This document shows, one piece after another, positions 1 to 12,745 of a DNA stretch of 64,000 nucleotides. Source of the stretch: Heterodontus francisci (taxonomy: Eukaryota); contig NC_090399.1 in the NCBI RefSeq assembly GCF_036365525.1, positions 31,094,430 through 31,158,429 of the forward strand, given 5' to 3'. How positions within the stretch are numbered: position 1 is the first letter of the stretch; each line of letters begins with the position of its first letter. A program made the position numbers and the translations under genes. The notes below the pieces were generated by a model, which saw only the letters and a list, made by a program, of their open reading frames with translations, made no database searches and had not been told where the DNA came from.

Positions 1-2075
1 GTGGTTTGTGGAGCAGCGCCTGGAGTGGCTATAAAGGCCAATACTAGAGTGACAGACTCTTCCACAGGTGCTGCAGAAAAAATTGGTTGTCGGGGCTGTT
101 GGCTGTCCCCTTGCGCTTCTGTCTATTTTCCTGCCATCCGCTAAGTTTCTTTGACTCGCCACACTTTAGCCCCACCTTTATGGCTGCCCGCCAGCACTGG
201 CGATCGATGGCAAATGACTCCCACGACTTGTGATCAATGTCACAGGACTTCATGTCGTGTATGCAGACGTCTTTAAAGTGGAGACATGGATGGCCGGTGG
301 GTCTGATACCAGTGGCGAGCTCGCTGTACAATGTGTCCTTGGGGATCCTGCCATCTTCCATGCGGCTCACATGGCCAAGCAATCTCAAGCGCTGCTGACT
401 CAGTAGTGTGTATAAGCTGGGGATGTTGGCTGCCTCGAGGACTTCTGTGTTGGAGCATAAGTTGTCCAGGCCTCGCTGCCGTAGTGCAAGGTATTGAGGG
501 CACAGGCTTGATACACTCGGACTTTTGTGTTCAGTGTCAGTGCGCCATTGTCCCACACTCTCTTGGCCAGTCTGGACATAGCAGTGGAAGGCTTTCCCAT
601 GCGCTTGTTGATTTCTGCATCGAGAGACAGGTTACTGGTGATAGTTGAGCCTAGGTAGGCGAACTCTTGAATCACTTCCAGAGTGTGGTCGCCAATATTG
701 ATGGATGGAGCATTTCTGAGGTCCTGTCCCATGATGTTCGTTTTCTTGAGGCAGATGGTTAGTCCAAATTTGTCGCAGGCAACCTGTCGATGAGACTCTG
801 CAGACACTCTTCAGTGTGAAATGTTAATGCAGCATCATCAGTGTTAGCAGGAATGAATCTAGAAGAATCACTCGACACTCAGGTCTGCTCCAATGTCAAA
901 CAGTTTATTACGCCAGCGGGAAGCAGGTCACAGATCTGTCCAGATGCCTGTCCACCAAACAAAGAAAAATCATCCATACTTATACATTTTTCAAACAGTT
1001 ACTCAGGCCATCCCAGCTGGACATGATCCAATCATAACGGTTATTGATTACATACATCACACATATTACCAATTAGATTGCTCATTAGGCATCATGTGGC
1101 TACGTGATCAGCTCATGCAAGCCCCATGATCATCTTGTGATGTTTCCCAGACCCCCTTATCAACTATCATTGAGTCTTCACAATGAATCCTTCTACCTTA
1201 TCAAGCTTGCATTCCTGATTGCTTCGTGCAGTCCGCAGTTACACAAAGCAGCTGTCTTATACACTGAAATGAGGGGCCTTCCTTGGTCAGGCTAATTGTC
1301 TGTGCTAAGCAGTACCATGCTCAAGGCTGCAAGCTAACTAACTTGTCCCACAATGCTTTGGGTAAATACTCCATTTTGTAACGATATGTGGCTATACTTT
1401 CATCTTATATATATATATATATATGTGTGTGTATATTTATTTAGCTGCATCGGCAACCATTTTTCCTTCTACAAACAGAAAAGAGGAGTTCCCTGATGAG
1501 GACTTTCCGTACTTTGGTCTTTGCTCTTAGGTGTGCAAGGTTGAGCAACCTGCCACCTGATCTTGCGTGAAGGAAAATTCCTTCTTCTGAAGACTTGAAC
1601 GCGTGTGAGAGCAGCAGGGAGAAGAAAATCCCGAACAGTGTGGGTGCAAGAATGCAGCCCTGTTTCACGCCACTCAGGATAGAAACGAGGTCTGATGAGG
1701 TGCCGCTATGCTGAATTGTGCCTTTCATATTGTCATGGAATGAGGTGATGATATTTAGTAGCTTTGGTTGACAGCTTTTCTTTTCTAGTAGTCTGAAGAG
1801 ACCACGTCTGCTGACGAGGTCAAGGGCTTTGGTGAGATCAATGAAAGCAACGTAGAGGGGCATCTGTTGTTTGCGGCATTTCTCCTGGAGCTGATGAAGT
1901 GAGAACAGCATGTCAATGGTCGATCTCTCTGCTCGAAAGCCACACTGTGCTTCAGGGTAGAGACGCTCAGCCAGCTTCTGGAGCCTGTTTAAAGCGACTC
2001 GAGTGAAGACTTTCCCCACTATGCTGAGCAGGGAGATTCCACAGTAGTTGTTGCAGTCACCGTGGTCACCTTTGT
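1..2075 (-). mobile_element. RTE-clade (BovB-like) LINE, RT and C-terminal region, frameshifted; interrupted at 842-1473
   Basis: ORFs 1441-2019, 400-807 and 44-556 give RTE RT motifs: YPEAQCGFRAERSTIDM, FIDLTKA.D, GVKQGCILAP.LF, IRELLF/(A)DDAAL, EFAYLGS, LGHVSRMEDGRIPK..LYSEL. Confidence 0.9.
842..1473 (-). mobile_element. Probable solo LTR inserted in the RTE element
   Basis: 632 bp insert with TG...CA ends, flanked by ATCAG (837-841) and AACAG (1474-1478), i.e. a 5-bp TSD with 1 mismatch. Minus-strand AATAAA near 904-909. Contains a (TA)n(TG)n tract near 1408-1435. Confidence 0.65.
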
Positions 2076-2079
2076 TTTT

Positions 2080-5000
2080 TCTCTCTGCCTCCTTTTTAAA
2101 ATAGTGGGCTTAAATTAGCTACCCTGCAAACCGTTGGAACTGTTCCAGAATCTATAGAATTTTGAAAAATGACCAGCAATGCATCTAATGTTTCAAGGGC
2201 CACTTTCTTAAGTACTCTAGGATGAAGATTATCAGGCCCTGGGGATTTATCAGCCTTCAATTCCATCAATTTCCCTAACATAATTTCCCTACAAATACCG
2301 ATTTCAAACAGTTCCTCCTTCTCACTCGGCCCTATGTTCCCCAACATTTCTGGGATAATTTGTTTCCTCCTTTGGGAAGACAGAAGCAAAGTATATGTTT
2401 AATTGACTTCTATTTTTTTTTGTTCCACATTATAAATCCCCCCTTTCTGACTGTATGGGACCCACATTTGGCTTCACTAATCTTTTTCTATTCACATATC
2501 TATAGAAGCTTTTACAGTCAGTTTTTATGTTCTCTGCAAGCTGACTCTCATAATCTATTTTTCGCATCTTAATCCCTTTGTCCTCCTTTGCTAAATTCTA
2601 AACTGCTCCCAATCTCAGGTTTGCTGCTTGTTCTGACCTTTCTATATTTCTCCTCCTTGCTTCTAATACCTTCCTAATTTCTTTTGTAAGCCACGGTTGA
2701 GCAACTGTTCCTGTTTTATTTTTGCACCAGATAGGAATGAACAATTGTTGTAATTCATCCATGCGCTATTTAAATGCTAGCCATTGGCTATTCACTGTCA
2801 ACCCTTTAAGTAACGTTCCCCAATTTATCATAGCCGACTAGAACCTCATACCTTCATAGTTTTCTTTATTTAGATTCAGGACCCTAGTCTCGAAAGCAAT
2901 TCTCTCACACTCCATCTTAATGAAGAATTCTATCATGTTTTGGTCGCTCTTCCCCAAGGGACCCCACACAACAAGATTGTTAACGAATCCTTTCTCATTA
3001 TACAATACCCAGTCTAGGATGGCCTGTTCTCTAGTTCGTTCCTCAACGTATTTGTCCAAAAAAACATCACATACGCATTCCAGGGATTCCTCCTGTACAA
3101 TATTTTTGCAAATTTGGTTAGCCCAATCTATATGTCGATTAAAGTTACCCATAATTACAGTTGCACCCTTATTGCATGCATCTCTAATTTCTTGTTTAAT
3201 CCTATCTTCTACATCACCACTGCTGTTTGGGGGTCTATATACAACCGTCACCAACATTTTCTGCTGCTTGGTGTTTCTTTGCTCCACCCATACAGATTCC
3301 ACATCAGGATTCTCTGAGCTAATATCCTTCCTCACTATTGTATTGATTTCCTCTTTTACTAACAACGCTACTCCACCTCATTTCGTTTTTTGCCTGTCCT
3401 TCCTAAATATTGAACACCCCTGGTTGTTCAATTCCCATTCTTGGTCACCCTGCAGTCATGTCTCCATAATTACAACTATATCATGTACATCTATTTGCAT
3501 GGTTAATTCTCTTACCTTATTGCGAATACTCTGCACATTGAGACACAATGCCTTTAGGTTTGTCTTTTTAACATTCTTAATCATCCTAGCATTATTTCGT
3601 ACTATGGCCCTATTTGTTTCTTGCCCTTGATTTCTATGCCTTTCACTATTGCCTCTTTGTTTCCTGCCTTTCGTTTCTATCCATGTTTCCTCATCCTCAG
3701 TCTTTCCTCTCAAGTTCCCATCCCCCTGCCATTCTATTTTAAATCCTCCCCAACAGCACTAGTAAACGCCCCTGCGAGGACTTTGGCTCTGGTCCGGCCT
3801 GGGTGAACCCTGTCCTGCTTGTACAGGTCCCACATTCACCAGAACAATGTCCCAGGAATCTAAATCCCTCCTTCCTGCACCATTTTTCCAGCCAAACATT
3901 CATCTAGTCTATTCTCCTGTTCCTATACTCACTAACACGTGGCACAGGAAGTAATCCTGAGATTACTAAATTTTGAGGTCCTATTTTTTAATTTAGCTCC
4001 TAACTCCTTAAATTCATCTTGCAGGACCTCATCCCTTTTTCCACCTATGTCGTTGGTGCCAATGTGTACCACGACCACTGTCTGTTCACCCTCCCCCTTC
4101 AGAATTTCCTGCAGCCTCTCCGAGACGTCCTTGACCCTAGCACCAGGGAGGCAAAATACCATCCTAGAGTCTCGTTTGCGGCCACAGAAACGCCTGCTTG
4201 TTCCCCTTATGGTTGAATTCCCCATCACTATAGCCCTGCCACTCTTCTTTCTCCCATGCTGTGCAGCCGAGCCATCCGTGGTGCCACGAACTTGTCTGTT
4301 GCTGCTTTCCCCTGGGAGCCCATCCCCCTAACAGTATCCAACGCGGTATATCTGTTGGAGAGGAGGATGACCACAGGGGACTCCTGCACTACCTGCCTGT
4401 GTGTACTACTCTGCCTGGTGGTCACCCATCCCTTTTCTGCTTGTGCAGCCATCACCGGCGGTGTGAGCACCTGGCTAAACGTGCTATCCATGATGTCTTC
4501 AGCATCACGGATTCTCCACAGTGAATCCACCTGCAGCTCCAGCTCCGTAATGCGGATAGCTGGTAGCTGAAGATGGACACACTTCTTGCACACATGGTCG
4601 TCAGGGGCACTGGAAGCTTATCTGATTTCCCACACAGTGCAGGAGCAGCATATCACTGGTGCACTCTCCTGCCATTACTTATCTTTAGATTAATAAGTTA
4701 CTCCCTTTCAAAAATACTAATTACACTCTGGGCCTTGTTCTACTCCACTACAATCTAAAGTCCTTAATAAATTACACTAATTTAAAATAAAACATACTTT
4801 AGCGATACTAACCCGATGACTTGAGATTTTTTCACAAGAAAAAAAAACTTTCCCCTTCCCCTTTTAAGCAATTTAAATACACTAACAACTGTTACTTACC
4901 CAACCAATCACCTTACAGATTTCCCGTGATGTTACTGTAGTTTTGTTTCCATCTTTCGAATCTCAGCACAGAGAGAGAGTGAGCGATAGAGCCAGTCACA

Positions 5001-5120
5001 GCTCTGGCCACCAGGTAACTGAGGGCTCGAGCCCCATGCTCTCTCTTTCAGGTCCCGCTCTGGATCAGCCTCCTCCCAGGTCCGACAGCCACCATTCTGT
5101 TCACCAGTTAAGTCCTGCAA
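2080..5120 (-). mobile_element. CR1 LINE 5' half: ORF1 (Cys motif/coiled coil plus SGNH esterase), AP endonuclease and start of RT; degenerate
   Basis: CKKCVHLQL..RITELELQV and LSNRYTAL (4228-4593); GNSTIRG...CLPGARVKDV...VHIGTNDI (3932-4228); LNVQSIRNK, VYRPPNS, MGNFN (2838-3713); KSPGPDNLHPRVLK (2096-2389). Confidence 0.9.
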
Positions 5121-5129
5121 ATTCACAAT

Positions 5130-7690
5130 TTGTGTGGCATCTTATCGTATGCATTTTGGACATCCAAGCATGCTGATTCTACTGGTTTCTCTTTCTCTAC
5201 CTTACTAGTTACATCCTGAAAAAAAACTCTGATATAATCACGTTGATTTTGTCTGATCATACTATGATTTTCTTAGTGTATTGCTGAGACTTCCTCAATA
5301 ATTGATTCCAACATTTTCCTATGACTGATGCCAGGCTAACTGGTCTGTATATTCTGGTTTGGAAAATCATAACCAGCACATCTGATAATTCTGCAGCTCT
5401 CTATTTTAGAACCCGAGCATGTATGCTATCAGGTCCTGGAGATTTGTTGGATTTTACTGCCTCAAGTTTCTTTTGTACTTTTTCTCTGCTGATATCAATT
5501 AACTTAATTTTCTCACACTTATTAGTTCCAAGGCTACCCTCTATTTCTGGTATGTAACGTGAGTCTTCTAGTATGAAGACAGACGCAATATCTTCTTCAA
5601 TGACTGTGCCATTTCCTCATTTTCCATGATAATTTCTCCTGTCTCTGTCTCTAGGGAACCAAAGTTTACTTTAGCTACTTTCCTCCTTTTTATATACTCG
5701 TAAAAGCTTTTACAATCTGTTTTAGATTCCTAGCTAGCTTACTCTCATATTCCTTTTAATCAACTTTTTGGAGCCTTTTGCTGGTGTCTAAAATACTCCC
5801 AATCCTCATGCTTACGACTATTTGCAATATTATAAGCCTCTTTTAATCTAATACTACCCTTAACTTCTTCTGTAATCCACAGATGGATATTTCTTGCTGA
5901 TTTTTTTGTTTTTCAATGGAATGTACTTCTGTTGAACATTTTTGAATTCTTTCTTTAAATGTTTCCTACTGTTTATTTACCACCCTTTAGCCTGTTTACC
6001 CAACGACCTCAGCAAGCTCTCCCTTCAAACCTAGTTAATTGGCTTTGCTTAAGTTTAAGATTAATGTTTGGGAATGGAGTCTGTCACTTTCAAACTTAAT
6101 ATGGAATTCAATTGTATCATGATCGCTTTTTCCAAGGGAATCTTTTACTATGAGATTACGAATTAACCCAACACAACCTCATAGCACAATACTAGATGTA
6201 AAATAACTTTATCCCAAGTTGTTTCCTCTGTATATTGTTCCAAGAAACTGTCATGAAAGACTTTAGAAACTTATCTTCCAAACCACCTTTGCCAATTTGA
6301 TTGGTCCAGTCTATGTGAAGATTAAAGTCCACCACAATTATTACATTGATATTGTTACAAATTGACAATAACTTATTGCTTAATGCTCTGTCCAACGGTA
6401 TAACTACTGTTAGGGGAGCCTATAAACTATACCCACCAAAATTGTCTGACTCTTGCTATTCGTAATGTCCAACGATGCTGATTTTACTTCATGGTCTTCT
6501 GAGCCAATTGCATTTCTCGCTACTGTCTTTGTGTCACTCTTTGCTATCAAGACTATGTCTCCTCATTTTCCATTCTGTCTGCCTTTTCGAAATGTTGTTG
6601 TTCTCTGGAATATTTATTTCCTAACTTTGACTACCTTGTAACCATGTTTTTGTAATGACGATCATATCTGAACATTTATCTCTATTTGTGCCACTAGTTC
6701 ATCTATTGTACTGCGGATGTTTCACACATTCAGGTCAGGAACCTGTAATTTTATTTTATTGATATTATCCTTTGCAGGAAACTTGTTTACGAATGCCCTA
6801 TTGCCAGTAAGCTCTCTGCCCCTTCATGTCTCTCTCTCTACTTCTCTTTACCCACATTGCTATACCGTTCTATTGCTCCGACTTTTCTCGTGGGATTTCT
6901 AAATGTGCCATCACCTGAAGCACCCACCCCCAAACCCTGACAGTTTAAATCCCTATTCACGGCCCTAGTTACGCAATTTGCCAGGACACTGATCCCAGTC
7001 CGGTTTAAGTGGAGTCCATCCCAATGGAACAGCTCACTTTTTTCTGGGTACTGGTGTCAGTGCCTCATGAATCAAGACCACTTCTTCTCAAACCGCTCCC
7101 TGAGCCATGCATTTAATTCTCTAATCTGCACGCCCCTATGCCAATGGTGCATGGCTCAGGTAATAGTCCAGAAATTATTCCCTTTAATGTTCTTTGTTTT
7201 AATGTGGACCCGAACACCTCATACTCTCTCAGCAGAACTTAATTCCTAGTTCTACCTACCTCATGGACCTCAACAACTGGATCCTCCCCTTCCCACTCCA
7301 TGTTTATCTCCAGTAACGAGGGGATGTCCTTAACCCTGGCAAGCAATGCAACCTTTGGAGCTCCTTGCTGTGGCTACAGAAAACAGTATCAATCCTCCTG
7401 ACTATACTATGCTCTATCACTATCACATTTCCTTTTTGCACCCCCCACTTGTCCCTGACCACTGACCAACTCTACAGTTACACTTAACATAAGGGGTGTT
7501 TCAGAACAAAATTTCAGACAGCTCTCCTGAACCCTGATGCCCGCAATATCTGCAATTCACACTCCAGCTTAGCAGCTCTGAGCCCAAGTTACCACTTACC
7601 ACAGAAACGGTTGTTCTGGACTGCAATTCATTCCACAGATTCCCAAATGTTGCAGTCTCGACACACCACCAGCCCTGCCATGTCTGTCTA
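5130..7690 (-). mobile_element. Older, heavily decayed CR1 LINE
   Basis: Residual endonuclease/RT motifs (VDFNLHIDW.NQIGK at 6192-6395; SPGPD-like near 5430; RPVSLAS-like near 5320-5345) broken by many stops and indels. Boundaries approximate. Confidence 0.75.
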
Positions 7691-8629
7691 ATCTGATTCA
7701 TTTATTTGATTAGATAATAAGTTGCTAATTTAGTCAAGTAATAGCAAGTTACAGTTTCCAAGCTTTCAGACAAACGGTAAACGCTCACCAAATACTGGAG
7801 GTGAAAAAAAAAGGAATGAAAAGCAGAACCTCCTTACTCCTCTGCCCCGAATTCTCATTTGCATCAAATTCCCGACTTAGCACTCCGTCTACAAAGCACT
7901 CTTATCCCAGATCACTCTGTTTCCAGATCATGCTGTGCCTTGGCAAACTCTGTCTACTTTTATAGAGAGCTTTTGGCTCACATTCAGGTTACAACTGCTA
8001 AGTCAGCTTCCCACTACAGTAAATAACACTTATACAAGCAATCACTTACAGTTGATTGACAGTTAACTGCCATTGCCAAACATTTACAGTTAACCAGGTA
8101 TCTTAGCTTTGCAGTTTTAAAGTTTGACGTCGGAGTCTGTCTGTTAATCTAAATTACAGCTTGAGGCATACTTACCAGCTTACTTATACTGCTTGAAGAG
8201 ATACTGCCCACTGAGAAGTAAGCAAGCACCAAGATAGTAGCTGGTCTCTGAATGCAGCTCGGAAACAGAGTGGGAGCTTGAGAATTTGGTGAGTGAGAAA
8301 TTCGGTGCAGTGAGGGAGAAGGTGCTGCTCAGACATTTTGCAAAAAAGGTGTGTGTCGAGAGGGGGAGCTGGAGAACTGCCATGAGTCATGAGAGCTGAA
8401 CCATGGAAGCATTAAATAGGTGAGCAGTTGGTGAGTTTTAAGTACTTTCCTCTCTAAATCGGGGCAGAAGTTTAAACTGGTACTTGGAAGATCTACGTAT
8501 TGCATTACATTTATAGCTTGCCTAGTTAAAGCACTTGCTACAACTACATATAATTGTTGTGTGATATTTCTAAACTCAATTAAAAAGCAGGATCTCAGAG
8601 GTAGTAATCTCCAGATTACTCCCAGTGAC

Positions 8630-11600
8630 ACGTGCTAGAGAGCATAGAAATAGGAGGTTAGAGCTGGTGAATGCGTGGCTGGAGAGATGGTGCAGGAGGG
8701 AAGGCTTTAGATTCCCAGGGAATTGTGCATTACTGGGGGAGGTGGGACTTGTAAAAACCGGATGGTTTGCAACTCACTAGGGCCGGGAGGAATATCCTTG
8801 CTGGAAGGTTTGCTGATACTGTTGGGCAGAGTTTAAACTAGTTTGGCAGGGGGGATGGGAACCTGAAGGTAGACGCAGATGGAGAAAAATCCGAAATGGA
8901 AACAGGGGGCAGAAATTAGTGAGTGAGCCTGGAAGGCAGAGTAAACAAAGGACAGAAAATAAAGAAAGAATTTGGCAATGCTCAAGGATATATTCTACAC
9001 TGCAAGGAGTATAGCAAATAACGAGGACAAGCTGAGGGCGTGGATAGAAACGTGGCAGTACAATATCATAGCTGTTACAGAAACATGACTTAAAGAGGGA
9101 CAGGAATGGCAGCTCAGCGTTCCTGGTTCCAGGATTTTCAGACGAGGTAGAGAGGGGGATATAAAGGGAGGGTTGATAATTTTGGTTAGAGAAGCAATTA
9201 CAGCTGTAAGGAGGGATGATATGTTAGAAGAATCATCAATTGAGGCCATACGGATTGACCTTAGGAACAAAAAGGGGCAGACACAGTACTGAGAGTGTAC
9301 TGTATACCGCTGAACAGCAGAGGAAGATAGAAGAGCAAATAATAGGGCAAATCTCCGTGAGATGCAAAAACAACAGGGCAGTAATAGTAGGATTTCAACT
9401 ACCCCAGTATTAACATGGATAGTTTTAGAGCGAAAGGCATAGAGGGAACATAATTCTTGAAGTGCATTCAGGGCAACATTTTGGCCAGTATGTAGCAAGC
9501 CCAACAAGAGAGGGCACAGTTCTGGATTTAGTTTTAGGAAATGAAGCTGGGCAGGTGGAAGGAGTGGCAGTAGGAGAGCATTTTGGTGGTAGTCAGTTTT
9601 AACATAATTATGGAAAAGGACAAGGATAGAACAGGAGTTAAAGTTTTAAATTGGGTAAGGCCAGTTTTACTAAGCTGAGAAGTGATTTAGCAAAAGTGGA
9701 CTGGAAAAAGGTACTTGAAGGTAAAGCAGTGTAGCATTAAAGCAGCATTCAAAGGGGAGTTTCAAAGGGATTCAGAGTAAACAAGTTCCCACAAAGAAAA
9801 ATGGTGGGATGGTCAAATCTTGAGCCCCCTGGAAGTCAAGGAGCTTACAGGATATGATATAGTAGAAAAGAAAAGCTTATGTCAGACATCGAGAATCCAA
9901 TGCTACAGAAAACAGAGAGGAGCATAGAAAGTGGCGGGGTGAAATCAAAAAGGAAATTAGGAAAACAAAGAGAGGACATGAAAGAATATTGACAAGTAAA
10001 ATCAAGGAGAACCCAAAGATGTTTTATCAATACATTAAGAGTGAGAGCACAACTAAGGAAAGAGTAGGGCCCAAAGAAGACCAAAAAGGTAACCTATATG
10101 TGGGGGCAGAAGATGTGGGTATGGTTCTGAATGAATACTTTGTATCTGCCTTCACAACAGAGGGGGGTGTTGCAGGCAATGTAGTTAAGGAAGAGTGTGA
10201 AGCATTGGATGTGATAAAACAAAGCTTGAGAGGAAGTATTAAATGGATTAGCATCCTTGAAAGTGGATAAATCACCTGGGCCGGATGAAATGTACCCCAG
10301 GCTGTTAAAAGAAGCCAGCGAGGTAAGAGTGGAAGGTCTGACCATCATTTTACAATCCTCACTGGATAATGGTGTGGTGCTGGAGGATTGGATGTCTGCT
10401 AATGTTGTACCTTTGTATAAAATGGATCGAGGGATAGACCAAATAATTACAGGCCAGTCAGTCTAACCTCCGCATTGGGCAAATTATTGGAGTCAATTCT
10501 GAGAGACAGGATAAACTGTCACTTCGAAAGATTAATTAAGGATAATCAACATGGATTTGTGAAGGAAGTTCTTGTCTGGCTAACTTGATTAATTTTTTAT
10601 GTGGAAGTAAGTAGGAGGATTGATGAGGGTAGTGCAGTTGATGTGGTCTACATGACTTTTAGTAAGGCTTTTGACAAGGTACCACATGGCAGACTGGTTC
10701 ACAAAATAAAAGTCTATGGGATCTATGGGAATGTAGCAAGTTGGAAACAAAATTAGTACAGTGGCAGGAGAAAAAAAGGATAATTGTTGATGGATGTTTT
10801 TGCGGCTGGAAGGCTTTTTCCAGTGGTGTCCTCCAGGGCTAACTGCTGGGTCCCGTGCGCCATCACTCAAAAAGCTCTACACCATCCAGGACAATGTAGT
10901 TTACTTGATTGACACCCCATCTACAAACATTCACTCCCTGCATCACCGACACACCTTAACAGCAATGTGTACCATATACAAGATGCACTGTAGCAACTCA
11001 CCAAGGCTCCTTCGACAGCATCTTCCAAACACGCGACCTCTACCACTTGAAAGGACGAGGGCAACAGATGCATGGGAACACCACCACCTGCAAGTTCCTC
11101 TACAAACCGCACAACATCCTGACATCGCTATTCCTTCACTGTCTCTGGGCCAAAATCCTGGAACTCGTTTCCTAACAACACTGTGGGTGTACCTACACTG
11201 CAAGGACGGCAGCTCATCACCAGCTTTTGAAGGACAATTAGGGATGGACAATAAATGCTGGCCTAGCTAGCGACGCCCACATCTCACAAATGAATAAAAC
11301 AATAAAGATTTGAACTTAAATGTAGGGGGAATGATCAAAACGTTTGCAGATTACCCAAAAATTGGTCACGTGGTTGATAGCGAGGCGGATAGTCGTTGGC
11401 TCCAGGAAGATATCAATGGATTGATCAGTTAGGCAGGAAAGTGGTAAATGGAAGTTAACCCAAAGAAGTGTGAGGTGATGCATTTGGGGAGGTCAAACAA
11501 GGTAAAGGAATATGCAATAAATGGAAGGATGCTGAGAAGTGTAGAAGAAGTGAGGGATCTTGGAGTGTATGTCCACAGATCCCTGAAGGTAGCAGGACAG

Positions 11601-12255
11601 TTCGATAAAGTGGTTAAGAAGGCATATGGAATCCCTTCCTTTATTAGCCGAGGCATAGAATATAAGAGTAGGGAGGTTATGCCGGAATTATATAAAACAT
11701 TAGTTGGGCCACAACTTGAGTACTGTGTCCAGTTCTGATCACCTCATTACAGAAAGGATGTAATTGCATTGGAGATGGTACAGAGGAGATTTATCAGGGT
11801 GTTGCCAGGACTGGAAAATTGCAACTATTAGTAAAGATTGGATAGGCTGGGGTTGTTCTCCTTGGATCAGAGGAGGCTGAGGGGAGATTTGATTGAGATG
11901 CAAAGAATTATCAGGGACCTGGATATAGTCGATGTGAAGGGCATCTTTACCTTAGCAGAGAGGTCAGTGACAATGGAGCATAGATTTACAGTGACTGGTA
12001 GAAGGATTAGAGAAGAGATGAGGAAACCGTTTTTCATTCAGAGGGTGGTGGGGTCTGGAACTCACAGCCTGAAAGGGTGGTCGAGGAAGAAAACGTCATC
12101 TCATTTAAAAGGTGCCTGGATGTGCACCCGAAGTGCCATAAGCTGCAGCACTACGGATCAAATGCTGGAAAGTGGGTTTAGGCTTGCTGGCTTTTTTTCA
12201 GCCGGCGCTGAAACGATGGGTCAAGTGGCCTCTTTCTGTGCTGTAAACTTACTAT
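8630..12255 (+). mobile_element. Long decayed CR1 LINE (end of ORF1, endonuclease, RT, 3' UTR)
   Basis: KIKENPKMFYQYIKS, KVDKSPGPDEMYPRLLKE, KCEVMHLG, PQLEYCVQF, LGLFSLDQRRLRGDLIE in successive frames. Confidence 0.9.
10845..11300 (+). mobile_element. 3' fragment of a second CR1/L2-group LINE family nested in the CR1
   Basis: NIHSLHHR..AMCTIYKMHCSNSPRLLRQHL, plus the tail gggatggacaataaatgctggcctagc shared with copies at 38.2, 51.1 and 56.1 kb. Confidence 0.8.
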
Positions 12256-12274
12256 GATTCTGCTTTCTATTCTA

Positions 12275-12745
12275 GAGCCACTAGAAAGGGTGCAGAGAAG
12301 ATTTACGAGGATGATACCAGAAATGCGTGAGCACACACATCAGGAAAGAGATGAGCAGGCTGGTTCTCTTTTCTATTGAAAAAGGAAGGCTGAGAGGTGA
12401 CGTAATAGGGGTCTTCAAAATTCTGGACATGGAGAAAATGTTTCCATTTTTGGGGAAGAGCATCACGAGAAGCCATCAGTATCAGATCGTCACCAAGTAA
12501 GCTATCAGGAAATTCAGAAGAAACCTCTTTACCCATAGAGTGGTAAGAATGTGGAACTCGTTACCACAGAGAAGTGAAGAATACAAAAGCATTTGAGGAG
12601 AAGCTAGACAAGCAGATAAGGGAGAAAGGAACGGATGGTTATGGTGATTGATTTAGATAAGGAAAAACGGGAGGAGGATCGAGTACAGCATAAAATGCCG
12701 GTATGGACTGGTCTGTTTTTGTGCCTTAAATAATCCTATGTAAGT
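12275..12745 (+). mobile_element. CR1 3' fragment
   Basis: LERVQRRFTRMIP-like and LRGDVI-like coding remnants followed by a CR1-type tail. Confidence 0.7.

Noticed and set aside
2920-4570. Long plus-strand ORFs (236, 130 and 104 aa)
   Set aside because: Antisense shadows of CR1 coding sequence. The same applies to most overlapping ORFs over LINEs elsewhere in the window.
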